Shown: piece after piece, positions 9,522 through 19,700 of the stretch | How positions within the stretch are numbered: the stretch's first letter is position 1 | Layout: every line of letters begins with the position of its first letter | Assembly: GCA_044370935.1 (NCBI GenBank) | Contig: JBILUQ010000001.1 | Coordinates: 1-38,282, forward strand | Length of the DNA: 38,282 bases | Reading direction: 5' to 3' | Origin: Chthoniobacteraceae bacterium | GTDB taxonomy: Bacteria; Verrucomicrobiota; Verrucomicrobiia; Chthoniobacterales; Chthoniobacteraceae | The notes under the pieces: model-generated | What the model saw: the letters and a program-made list of their open reading frames with translations, nothing else | Database searches by the model: none | What the model was told of the DNA's origin: nothing | Program-made: the position numbers and the translations under genes

Positions 9522-9628
9522 GACTGAGTAACGGCTACGAGGCTTTCAATCGGTTTATGGGGGCGATCAGATCAGCCGAAACGCCTCCCTATTCTTGTCA
9601 GATTTTGAGAGTGGGAAGCTGACTGCGG

Positions 9629-10897
9629 CTATCTTCCAAAGCAATAGAGGTGACTGTTGCCCCGTGCAAAAATGCGCCCGCCAGCCGGAACAAGCCCAGC
9701 AATCAGATGGTCATCAAGCTTGTTCTCGGACAACAACTCGAAGCCGCCTTCCACTCTCGCCACAAAGACGGCCCCGTCCTCGCGCGCGGCATACATCACT
9801 CCGTCCACAATCACGGGCGAGGCATAAAAGTTGGCGCTGGCCCGAGGGAGCTCGGCTTTCCACCGAGCATCTCCTTTTGAGGGGTCGATGCACGCCACCT
9901 GTCCCCTGTCGCTCAAGATATAAACCAGTCCTTTGTAGGCCACGGGCGAAGGGACAAAAGAACTCACCTCATCACGCCTCCAAAGATGCGCGCCCGAGGA
10001 ACTCTCGCCGTCACCCCCCACCTTGATACCATGCAATCTTGGGGCGCCCTTGTCTGCACGACCAAAGCAGACTACCGCCGTGTCTTTTACCAAAACGGGT
10101 GAGGCGACAGCCGGCCAGAGCGGAGTCGCGTCAGGATTAAATCCCGTGCAACTCCAAAGCAGCTTACCGTCCGCTGCAGAATGAATGGTGAGATGGTCGG
10201 CCCCCCAACTCAAAACAGCTTCCATTCCATTGTGCTGAATCACCTGCGGAGTCGTATAGCCATTGTCAACTTCGCGAGGAACTTCATAATCGCGACCCGT
10301 CTTCCATCGCATCTCTCCGGTTTGTTTATCAAACGCAGCTAGCCACGACTCGCCGTTGTGCATTCGCGCAACCACAACGTCCTTCTGAGTCAACGCTGGT
10401 GACGAACCAAAGTCCCAAAACAAATTCACCGCTCCAAAGCGCTCGACTAAGTTCGTCTTCCAGCGCAACGAACCGTCAAGATTCACCGAGGCAAGCGTGC
10501 CACTTTTATACGCAACAAAGACTGCTTTGCCATCGCTCGCAGGCGAAGGGTTGCTGCCCGATCCATTCCGATGCTTGCCCGGATTTTCAGACCCGAAAAC
10601 ACTTTGCCAAAGCAGTTTTCCATTCCAGTCGTAAGACTGCAGAGCGTCATTTCCGTCAATCGGCACGGTGATATAAACCGCTTTGCCGACGACAATCGGC
10701 GTCGAGCAACCCTTGCCGGGCAGATCGACTTTCCACGCCATCGCGGACTCGTCCAAGCGAGGCAGAGCCGCGCCCATCATCGCACTTCCGTTGTCTGAAG
10801 AACCACGCCAGCGCGGCCATTCGGCGTTGTCCGCAAACGCGCCAGAGTTGAGGTTCAAAATCAGGCCGGCAATGAAGGCAAAACGCGGGGAGGACAT
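9629..10897 (-). CDS. PQQ-like beta-propeller repeat protein, secreted
   Basis: The start at ATG 10897 gives a signal peptide, MSSPRFAFIAGLILNLNSGAFA. EWPRWRGSSDNG follows, with repeated WxxxxG(x)xxSP blades typical of PQQ-like/BamB-like propellers. An alternative TTG start lies at 10930. Confidence 0.75.
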   Translation of the reverse strand: MSSPRFAFIAGLILNLNSGAFADNAEWPRWRGSSDNGSAMMGAALPRLDESAMAWKVDLPGKGCSTPIVVGKAVYITVPIDGNDALQSYDWNGKLLWQSVFGSENPGKHRNGSGSNPSPASDGKAVFVAYKSGTLASVNLDGSLRWKTNLVERFGAVNLFWDFGSSPALTQKDVVVARMHNGESWLAAFDKQTGEMRWKTGRDYEVPREVDNGYTTPQVIQHNGMEAVLSWGADHLTIHSAADGKLLWSCTGFNPDATPLWPAVASPVLVKDTAVVCFGRADKGAPRLHGIKVGGDGESSSGAHLWRRDEVSSFVPSPVAYKGLVYILSDRGQVACIDPSKGDARWKAELPRASANFYASPVIVDGVMYAAREDGAVFVARVEGGFELLSENKLDDHLIAGLVPAGGRIFARGNSHLYCFGR

Positions 10898-11023
10898 CCA
10901 CCAATCATGCTCAAACCAACCTAAATGCAAAGCGCTGAAACATTGCGAATCTTAAGCACGGAATTTTTATTCAGCTCAGGCGCGGACCAACAGAAAACTC
11001 ACGCCTATCCCTTAATCGATTCC

Positions 11024-11983
11024 TCACTCATCGCTATCCGAACAGGCTTTCAGCTTGGAAACGCCGTCGCCTGAAGTGGAACTACTCGGAGCGGCAGCGG
11101 AGCGCCCCGCAACGACCGCGACAGTCACCATCGCGACGGCGATCCAAAAGGTGCGGCTCACAGCCTCACCCATCAAAAGGTAGGAGAAGGCCATGGTGCT
11201 CGCAGGAATCAGATTATTGAACAGAAAAACCTGGCTCACCGGCCAGAAGCGTAGCGCGTGGGCGTAGAAGGCAAACGCCACAACACCCCCGAAAACCGTA
11301 CAGTATGCGTGCACGCCCATCAGCGGAAGAGTGAATCGGATCGGCACGGTTGCCAGCTCCCAGAGCGTTGCCGGGGCGAGCCATACAGCCGCACGCCACA
11401 TCGTTGCGCATGTGATCTGGGCACCGCTGAAATCCTTTGAAAGCCCCCTGCACTCTCTACCGTAAAGCGTCCAGAGCATGCTTGCGATCTGCGCCAACAA
11501 ATCTCCTTTCCACGCGAAATTGCCGGACTGGATTTTGGGCCAGAGCAGGACCACTACACCGCCCAACGCTAGGCATGCCGCCGCATACTTTCGAACCACC
11601 GTCCAACTCGCAGGAGGCCGCGCCTCGAACACCAAGCCCCAAACCGGGGATGTCGCCAGATGGAGCGCCATCTGCGGCGCGGAGATGAATTTCAATGAAT
11701 AAGTGATGGCCGCAAAATATGAGGCAAGGCTGAGTCCGGCGCGCAACCATAGCACCTGCCCGATAGCAGGAGGGACGGTGGCCGCAACACCCAACCACCT
11801 TGTGTAGCGAAGCAGCAAAGCCAAGATCCCCCCAACCAGCCATATCCGGCTGCTGATGACCCAGAACGGAGGCCATTCCCTTACTAAAAACTTAAGACCC
11901 GTATTATTAGCCCCCCAGAACAGCACAGTGAGACAGAGCATGCCCGCAATGACGGTGTTGGATGGATTACGAATTTTTCCCAT
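11024..11983 (-). CDS. DMT-superfamily (EamA-like) transporter
   Basis: 319 aa with about 10 hydrophobic helices in two halves. The N-terminus FWGANNTGLKFL is typical of EamA domains. Confidence 0.75.
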   Translation of the reverse strand: MGKIRNPSNTVIAGMLCLTVLFWGANNTGLKFLVREWPPFWVISSRIWLVGGILALLLRYTRWLGVAATVPPAIGQVLWLRAGLSLASYFAAITYSLKFISAPQMALHLATSPVWGLVFEARPPASWTVVRKYAAACLALGGVVVLLWPKIQSGNFAWKGDLLAQIASMLWTLYGRECRGLSKDFSGAQITCATMWRAAVWLAPATLWELATVPIRFTLPLMGVHAYCTVFGGVVAFAFYAHALRFWPVSQVFLFNNLIPASTMAFSYLLMGEAVSRTFWIAVAMVTVAVVAGRSAAAPSSSTSGDGVSKLKACSDSDE

Positions 11984-12178
11984 GAGTAGCCGCAGGAGTG
12001 TGATCCCTCCGCGCCCTGGGGGTCGAGGTGTGATTCAAGAAAGCAACACAAGAGCCCACTGGGGGACACCAGATAGACCTGACGTTGTAAACTTCACATT
12101 CGACTCGGGATTTGTCCTCGCCGCCAAGCTGACAGGAAAAACAAACAACCGAGGCGGATCGTGATCGGAAAACCTAGT

Positions 12179-12616
12179 TCAAGGACTGCGTCGGGATCTG
12201 GCGACCGCCCGCTGCGCAACCTCCTTCACTTTCGAGTTCGGGGCATCACCTGAAACCTTGATTAGCGCACTCACGGCTGACTCATTTTTCCCCGCGGCGA
12301 CCAAGGCTTTAATCGCTTGGATTCGATCCGCCTCAGACCCATGAAGCGCTGTCTCTTAAAGCTCTGGGACCCACTGGCGGTTAAAGTTCGCAATCAGAGT
12401 ATCTTGGAAGTTGCGCCCGATAAGACTCCTGGCCACCGCGCTTGCTGCCATAGTTCGCAGAAGTGGGTCGCGCTCCGAACAGGCAATCTGATTCAAAAGC
12501 ACGGGATTGCCCGGATCCTTGACACTTAAGGCCTCGTGGAGATCCGCACGGGCCAGCTCTTCCTGCTCCCTTTGAAGAGCCAAAAGCAAACGGTACCCGA
12601 GTTGCGTTTTATTCAA
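12179..12616 (-). pseudogene. HEAT-repeat (PBS-lyase-like) protein remnant interrupted by an in-frame TAA
   Basis: ORF 12356..12616 ends ...NRQWVPEL-TAA (12358..12356). The same frame then continues open for 58 codons to TGA 12181..12179. That stretch reads ETALHGSEADRIQAIKALVAAGKNESAVSALIKVSGDAPNSKVKEVAQRAVARSRRSP and is clearly HEAT-like. HEAT-like sequence (SPEPEVRRGAYQGVGK) also lies upstream of the TTG at 12616, with no start codon back to a stop at about 12701. Confidence 0.5.
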
Positions 12617-12733
12617 TTTTCCAACTCCCTGATACGCCCCACGGCGGACCTCAGGTTCGGGACTTTCCAGATAGCTGAGAAAAAAGCGTCTGGAGCCGAA
12701 TCAAATTGTCCCGGCGCCTCAAGCACATCTTTC

Positions 12734-13321
12734 TTACGGGAGGACGATTCCGTGCCATTCCCTACGGCCAACATAGAAACTTTGCCGCCTCAGATAGTCC
12801 CAACAAGCAGAGGGTTCTCCCCCGCTGTCAGCGATCGCAAGACTTCTGAATGTGAAATTGCATTTTGAAGAAAATTCAAAAGGATCATAGGGAACCCAAC
12901 CGTAATAATCAATTTGCGCGTCACCAATCCCGGAAGCCGTCGCCGCGATCTTCGCGCCCGCGAGTGAGATCAACGAGCCTCTCTTGATTGGCTTCGCAGA
13001 AAAAGTCACCGATCCCGACAGATCGGCAGACCCATAGATCCAAGGTCTTACAGCGGGATAGATTCCAGAGTAAGCCATCCGATTGATGTCGATGGCCCCC
13101 AAACCCGAAATCTGACCGGAGATAGGATTATGGTACATCTCGAAGTCAACATAACTGAAGCCAATCGTCTCTTGGACTGAGACTCCATTAAATACATAGA
13201 TTGAAGACTTCGAAGATTCGTCGGCAACAACACCGGATGCCGGCAATTGAGCGATCGAGGCAAGCCCCATTAGGTTGAGACTTACCGCCAGTGAAAGGGT
13301 GAGCAAACGGGCCATTCGCAT
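12734..13321 (-). CDS. hypothetical secreted protein with no recognisable domain
   Basis: ORF 12734..13339. ATG 13321 gives MRMARLLTLSLAVSLNLMGLASIAQ, a signal peptide. The mature part is rich in Gly, Ser and aromatic residues and looks like beta structure. Confidence 0.55.
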   Translation of the reverse strand: MRMARLLTLSLAVSLNLMGLASIAQLPASGVVADESSKSSIYVFNGVSVQETIGFSYVDFEMYHNPISGQISGLGAIDINRMAYSGIYPAVRPWIYGSADLSGSVTFSAKPIKRGSLISLAGAKIAATASGIGDAQIDYYGWVPYDPFEFSSKCNFTFRSLAIADSGGEPSACWDYLRRQSFYVGRREWHGIVLP

Positions 13322-13627
13322 GTCCGAGGGTCTATGCACACGCTCCTTTTCAAGCTCAGAGTTGCCAGATAAAAATTTTTAATGTAAAGATATTGTAAAC
13401 CGAGTCTTCCACACGCAGTCTTTGTTTCGTCACTTTGAGCGGCGACAAGAGAAGCTCTAGGAGCTGATCGCTAATATTTTTGTCCAAAAGTAACCTGACC
13501 TGACCTTTCCCTCAGCTATTCCGTTATTGACGGCCGACATAGTTACCGGTTGCGAAAACGCATATCCCTTGACCTTGCTGATCCGAATAGAAGCCCCCAT
13601 ACCAAAGATCAACGAAACCCGCACAAT

Positions 13628-14074
13628 ATGCATCGATTCAGAATATCGCTCAACGAGATCATTTCGCAGCAAGGCTGGACTCAGCAAAGCTTTGCGAATC
13701 GCCTCGGCACTGATCCTGCGAACGTTTCGCGCTGGCTCAGTGGCAAATCCACTCCTGACTCCTCGACAATCGGCAAAATTCTCGAATGCCTACCGGATGA
13801 GTATCAGAGTGACATGCTCACAGCCTACCTTAAGGACCAAATCCCACCCCGCTTCGAGCCTTGCGTCCATATTGAGACCATAAATGGCGGCAAGATGCGC
13901 ACCACAGAGGATGCCCTTGAGCTCCCTGAGTCTCTCGGACCTGAGCTCCGCAGACAGGTGGTATTTTTCGCAAAACTCGCTCTCCGTTGGCAGGAAGTCC
14001 GGAAAATCCTAGATCTTTTCTACACGATGGCCCACAAGGGCAAGCCCTCGCGCCTCCGCAAACTGGCGGAATGA
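13628..14074 (+). CDS. XRE-family helix-turn-helix transcriptional regulator with an uncharacterised C-terminal domain
   Basis: From ATG 13628 the protein reads MHRFRISLNEIISQQGWTQQSFANRLGTDPANVSRWLSGKSTP, a canonical HTH_XRE pattern (Q-x-x-(L/F)A-x-x-(L/I)G..-x-x-(V/I)S-x-W). It is divergent from the 12734-13321 gene. Confidence 0.7.
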   Translation: MHRFRISLNEIISQQGWTQQSFANRLGTDPANVSRWLSGKSTPDSSTIGKILECLPDEYQSDMLTAYLKDQIPPRFEPCVHIETINGGKMRTTEDALELPESLGPELRRQVVFFAKLALRWQEVRKILDLFYTMAHKGKPSRLRKLAE

Positions 14075-14132
14075 TGTCCTGACCGAAATGACAGCTGGCC
14101 CAAGTCAAGGGGCCAGTGCACCGCCACAAGGA

Positions 14133-14160
14133 GACAGCGCTCGCTTCGCCGTCTTTTTTT
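14133..14160 (+). terminator. candidate rho-independent terminator downstream of the XRE gene
   Basis: GACAGCG-ctcgctt-CGCCGTC forms a 7-bp stem with one A/C mismatch, followed directly by T7 (14154-14160). Confidence 0.4.
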
Positions 14161-14450
14161 GCTTCCCGTCAAAACGGCCCCTCACAGGCGTGGATTCTTC
14201 CCTAGGAAAGTCTCTATCCTCGGGCAGCAGTCGCTCGAGGGTAGGTCTGCAGATAAACAACAATCGAGAACCTTCAATCTTTCATCCCCTCTGAGGGCGC
14301 CTCCTTTCTTCCTCCGACGCTAGAACAGCCCCGTTATTTCTCAATCCATTCAAGGAGATCTGCCAGAAAACGCATTCTCAGGAGCGATTCTCAAAGCGCC
14401 GCTCCAATGTCTGGCTTTCGCTCTCCCAAAATGAACCCCAGCACCGCTCC

Positions 14451-16469
14451 TTAAGCGGGTGCACCTGAGAACTCAGGCGGAAATCCCGGAGCGGCAGCGG
14501 GCTTTTCAGAAGCCTGCCGAGGTTTGAGAGGCGGCGGAGTTGACGAGGGAGGTTCCGGGCTAATCGGGGGATTTTGGATGCTCCCAAATTGCAGGATCTC
14601 GCGGATATGACTCCCGTCCAATGTCTCGTACTCAAGAAGCGCCTTTGCAATGGCCTCCAGAGTCGAGCGGTTCTTAGAGAGAAGATCCTTCGCAACGTTG
14701 TGCGCGTTTTCGCAAAGTGCGTGCACTTCCTGATCAATCTCCTGTGCGGTCGCTTCTGAATAGTTCCGGTTGCGCGAGATGTCGCGCCCCAAAAAGACGT
14801 AATCCTCGTGCTCCCCGTACTCGACCATCCCCATCTTATCGCTCATACCCCATTCGCACACCATGCGCCGCGATATATCCGTCGCCTGCTTGATGTCACC
14901 CCTCGCCCCGTTGGTCACGTCGCCAAAAATCAACTCCTCCGCCACCCGCCCACCCATGATCATAATCAGCCGATCGAGCAGTTCGTTTTTGCGTTGGGTG
15001 TACTTATCTTCGGTGGGAAGATACATGGTGGACCCAAGGGACGGCCCACGAGGAATGATGGTCACCTTGTGGAGGGGATCCGTGTTCGGAAGTAGCAAAC
15101 CCAAAAGCGCATGCCCCGCCTCATGGTATGCGGTGTTCTCTTTTTCCTTATCGCTCATCGCCAAAGAACGCCGCTCCTTACCCCAGCGCACCTTGTCGCG
15201 CGCTTCCTCGAGCTCCTGCTTGGTAATCGCCTTCAACCCACGCCGCGCCGCCATCAACGCGGCCTCGTTCATCACATTCGCTAGCTCCGCCCCAGAGTAA
15301 CCAGGAGTGCCACGCGCAATCAATCCGAGGTCCACGCCCTCAGCGATCTTCACCTTCTTGGCGTGCACCTTCAGGATTTCTTCGCGCCCCTTCACATCCG
15401 GCAGCGCCACCGTGATCTGGCGATCAAATCGACCTGGGCGCAACAGGGCTGGATCGAGCACATCCGGGCGGTTTGTCGCGGCGATGATAATGACGCCTTC
15501 CTGAGTGTCGAATCCGTCCATTTCCACCAAGAGCGCATTCAGGGTCTGCTCGCGCTCATCATGCCCTCCGCCCAGACCGTGTCCACGATGGCGGCCGACT
15601 GCGTCAATTTCATCAATAAAAATTAAGCAGGGTGCGTTCTTTTTGCCCTGCTCGAACATGTCGCGAACACGGCTCGCACCGACTCCCACGAACATCTCCA
15701 CAAAATCCGAGCCGGAAATGGAAAAGAACGGAACATCCGCCTCGCCCGCAATCGCCCGCGCCAGCAGCGTCTTGCCAGTCCCCGGAGACCCCACCATGAG
15801 GACACCCTTTGGAATGTGACCGCCCAGTTTCTGGAACCGCTTTGGATCCTTCAGAAACTCCACAATTTCCTGCACCTCTTCCTTGGCTTCCTCGACGCCT
15901 GCAACGTCCTTGAAGGTGACCCTGTTCTTCTCGCGGCTCATCATTCGCGCCTTGGACTTGCCGAAATTCAGTGCCCCGCGGCCCGCGCTACGGATCTGCT
16001 GCCGGAAAAGAAAATAGAGCACCAATAAGAACATGCCGATTGGAAGGAACCCAAGAAGCGTGGATGCCATCAGGTTGGTCTCGGTCCGAGGATTTGCCTC
16101 CAAGCCGTTCGCCTCTAAAAACTCCCTCAGATCGGTATTGAACTGAAGATTCACCTGCGTCGAGAAGTGCTCAACCGGCCCCGCCTCATTGAGCCGAGAC
16201 CACCCCCTGAGGTAGTCGTTGAGATTTCCGGGTTCGCTTACCAGCTCCAAGGGCCGGGATGCATCCACCCAGTGCTTCTCCGCAGCCGCCCTGAACTGTG
16301 AAAATGGAATTTCACGCACATTGCCTCCCGGCGCGCGATAGACAAGAAAACCGGCGAGGAGTGCGCCTGATAGCGCCAAGAGCAGAAGAGCACGCCAGTT
16401 AAATTGAGGGTCGCCATTTTGGTTGGGACGCTGGCGGGGTGGGGTGCTGCGGTTTTCGGGCTCGGGCAT
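14451..16469 (-). CDS. ftsH: ATP-dependent zinc metalloprotease FtsH
   Basis: Walker [19 protein letters not shown], Walker [10 protein letters not shown]-like [11 protein letters not shown], the SRH region, and the zinc site HEAGHAL. ATG 16469 (MPEPENR...) is preferred over the ORF-track start at 16559. Confidence 0.95.
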   Translation of the reverse strand: MPEPENRSTPPRQRPNQNGDPQFNWRALLLLALSGALLAGFLVYRAPGGNVREIPFSQFRAAAEKHWVDASRPLELVSEPGNLNDYLRGWSRLNEAGPVEHFSTQVNLQFNTDLREFLEANGLEANPRTETNLMASTLLGFLPIGMFLLVLYFLFRQQIRSAGRGALNFGKSKARMMSREKNRVTFKDVAGVEEAKEEVQEIVEFLKDPKRFQKLGGHIPKGVLMVGSPGTGKTLLARAIAGEADVPFFSISGSDFVEMFVGVGASRVRDMFEQGKKNAPCLIFIDEIDAVGRHRGHGLGGGHDEREQTLNALLVEMDGFDTQEGVIIIAATNRPDVLDPALLRPGRFDRQITVALPDVKGREEILKVHAKKVKIAEGVDLGLIARGTPGYSGAELANVMNEAALMAARRGLKAITKQELEEARDKVRWGKERRSLAMSDKEKENTAYHEAGHALLGLLLPNTDPLHKVTIIPRGPSLGSTMYLPTEDKYTQRKNELLDRLIMIMGGRVAEELIFGDVTNGARGDIKQATDISRRMVCEWGMSDKMGMVEYGEHEDYVFLGRDISRNRNYSEATAQEIDQEVHALCENAHNVAKDLLSKNRSTLEAIAKALLEYETLDGSHIREILQFGSIQNPPISPEPPSSTPPPLKPRQASEKPAAAPGFPPEFSGAPA

Positions 16470-16751
16470 AAGAATGCTTTTGGATTTAAAGTGGAGAAAC
16501 GGTGACAAGAGCCCCGCCCCCTCAATGTAGCATCTTTGCACTGATCGGCAACACCCCAAGAGTTATTTGCGCGCCGAATCCACTTTCACTCGCTACCCAT
16601 GCCAAAGACAAAGGCAGAACGCCGAGTCATCAAGCTGCCCGTCGACAATATTCAGCCTCTGGACTAACGTGCCGCACTCCCTCAAAGCTCCCGCCAAAGA
16701 CCACCTTCCCCCGTAGCCGTCCCCATCCGCCCCTTTTCCGCCGCCAAACGC

Positions 16752-19700
16752 ATGTCACGCATAGCAGAGAGCCTTCTTAGAGAGGTCCGTACGCAGGCCA
16801 AGCGCGCGTGGATGCGGGTTCCCCTGATCCACCGCGGGTGGCACAACCTGCGGTACGCGGCCCGACGGCTTGCACGCCGGCCGCGCACCGTCACCGAAAG
16901 CCCCAACCTGCTTCCCCTCCTCATCCAGGTGCTGGCAGCCTTCTCGCGGGGCGGCGCGCAGGTGCTGGAGGAAGAGATCGATTCATCACTTGGATTTTTG
17001 CGCCACGATTTTCCAGAAGCCGTCTATTCCGAACTCCGCCTTCTCTTCAGGCACGCACTCCAGGAACAGCACGACCTGGGTGAAATGGCGCAGAAGCTGG
17101 CGACCCAGCTCAACACTGACCAGAAGATCATGCTCGGGGTGCAACTCTACGACCTGATCGCGCGGGCCGGCATGGACCGACAGCAACTTGTGGAGTTTTA
17201 CTCTTTCATGACGCAGCTGGGGATGGCGGCCCAGGCCATCGACATCGTCTATCAGCTCAGCTCCAGCGACACCCCCGATCCGACTTTGTACCAGAGCGGG
17301 AACTCACCGCTGGAATGCGTGAGCTTCGGCGCGTCCGGAGGTGACGCAGACGTTGGTTTGCGCAGCCTCCACGACAAGGAACGCATGCTGGCCTTCCGCT
17401 ACCACGAGTTGCTTCTGTTAAAAAATCTTTCGGTTAGCAACATCGTCGTCAAAGGCCGGCCGCTGAAGGCGGGAGATTTCTGCCGCATTTACTCGGGCCA
17501 ACGCATTCTGCTCGGCGAACAGGTTCTCAACTACCAGGAGCTCACTTATTATTTCAACGCGAAGAAGAATGTTTCGCTCACGCTGATTTTCCTCGCGCTC
17601 GACGACAACGATGAGGTGGAGCTGCAGAAGGAAAAATCCCGAGACAGCGCAATCGAAGTCCGCTTCGGACTCAAGGTGCAGGTGCGCGCGATCAAAAACA
17701 CCACCGCTCGCATCAACGGCGTCAAGCTCGCGGCCAACACCCAGGTCGAGGCAACGCTCGATGACCGCATTGTTTTCGACAACGACTCCGAATTGCCGCT
17801 GAGCGATCTAAGGCGTCGTGCCCGCGCCCTCGGGGGCCGCTTCCAGCTGAAACCCTACAAGACGAGCTATCTTGTATCCAATAATCCGTCGCTGCTGGAT
17901 GTGGATGACATCCTCTTGTCCCCGGGCACGGCCGGCGAAGTACTCCTGCGCATTCTCTGCGACTACGACCACCGCGTTGGGACCGCCGAAATTTTGCATT
18001 CGGACCGGCCGCTGCACATCGGCGAAACAGCGCTATCGGTAGGGGGAACTTGCGCCCTAGAGGACGGTGCGACGATCCGTCTGGATGCCGGGCAGGTGCT
18101 ACGCTGCAATTTTTCCGAACGCATCATCGAGGAAGACCGCAACTTGATTTCGACGCTCGAGGTGCGCGATCTGCGGGTTTCATACCGCAAAAGGCTCACC
18201 GCGCTGGACGGTGTTTCGTTCAGCGTCAACCGCGGGGAACTCCTTTGCGTGATGGGCGCGAGCGGATCAGGGAAATCAACACTGCTCCGCGCGATTGCTG
18301 GCCAGTTGCATCCCTCGGAGGGACAGGTGCTGCTGAATTCGCAATCTCTCTACTCGACCTTGGACACGCTCAAGAGCTTCGTCGCTTACATCCCGCAGGA
18401 CGACGCATTTGACGATCACCTGACCATCGAGGAAAATATGGAGTTTGCCGCGGCGATCCGTTCCCCTCACCTTTCGAAGCGAGACCGCGCACGGCGGGTG
18501 GAGAGCAAGCTCGCGGAACTCGGGCTGGCGGAGCGGCGCGACTCGCTTGTGGGAAGCGCGGTGAAAAAACTGCTCTCAGGCGGCGAGCGCAAGAGGCTCA
18601 ACATCGGTTTGGACATGTTATCCTCAGCTGATGTGTTTCTGATCGACGAGCCCACAAGCGGGCTTTCCTCGAAAGACTCCGAACACGTGATGGAGATCCT
18701 ACGTGCGATTTCGCACAACAAGATCGTTCTGGTGACGCTGCATCAGCCGACCTCCAAGCTCTTCAAGATGTTTTCAAAGGCTCTTCTGCTCGACAAAGGG
18801 GGCAGGCTCGCATTCTTCGGAACGCCGGAGGAAATGCTCACTTACTTTGCGGAGGCGGAGCACGAAAACCACTTCGGCACCGAACTCGGCGGTTGTCCTG
18901 CGTGCGGGACTACGCGGCCAGAGTTTATTTTCGATGTACTTGAGTCGCCGCTACGCGACCTAAGCGGAGACATCATCTACGAGGAGAACAATCGCGGTCA
19001 GCTCGTGCCGGCCCGGCGCTTTTCGCCCGATTACTGGCGCGACAAGTACGACCGCTTCCGTCTGCTTCAAGAAATGAAGCAGGTCAACGTGCGCGAGGTG
19101 CCGGTGCCTCCGACGCCCCCTCCGCTTCCAACCGCGCAGCAGCGCCGACTTCGAATACGCGAGGAGTGGACTCAACTGCGAACGCTCTGGAAGCGGGCAT
19201 TTACTTCAAAACTGCGTAACGTCGGAAACCTTGCGCTAACACTCGTCGTCCCGCCGGGCCTGGCGGCGATCATCGGGTGGGCGCTATACTTCACCAAAGA
19301 CGAGTCTGGCAGCTACGATTTCGCGAGCGCGTTTCACATTCCAACCTACATCTTCATCTCGCTGCTGGTGTCGATGTTTTTGGCGCTCGTGAGCAGCGTC
19401 GACGACATCATTCGCGACCGCGTTCTGCTGAGCCGAGAGAGAAACCTCGCAGTCCGCCTGCCGTTTTACATTATCGCAAAACTCGGCTCGCTGGCGCTGT
19501 TCTGCGCGATCCAGTGCGCCCTTTTTATCCTCGTGGGAAACTCGATTCTGGAAGTGAAAGGCATGTTCTTTCCCTACTGGTTTTTCATGTTCATCACAGC
19601 GATGAGCGGACTCTCACTTGGACTGTTGATTTCATCGCTTGCGACCTCCAGCAAAATGGCGGCGAACTTCGTACCGCTGGTCTTAATTCCCCAGCTTATC

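Noticed and set aside
12536-12868. 110-aa + strand ORF bridging the HEAT remnant and the secreted-protein gene
   Set aside because: It overlaps two - strand reading frames that have better protein-like character. It has no recognisable motifs or signal.
14088-14294. 68-aa + strand ORF downstream of the XRE gene (possible toxin or antitoxin partner)
   Set aside because: The translation is low-complexity and Ser/Gly/Pro-rich, the ORF spans the predicted terminator hairpin and T7 run, and it has no RBS-like sequence. It is probably non-coding.
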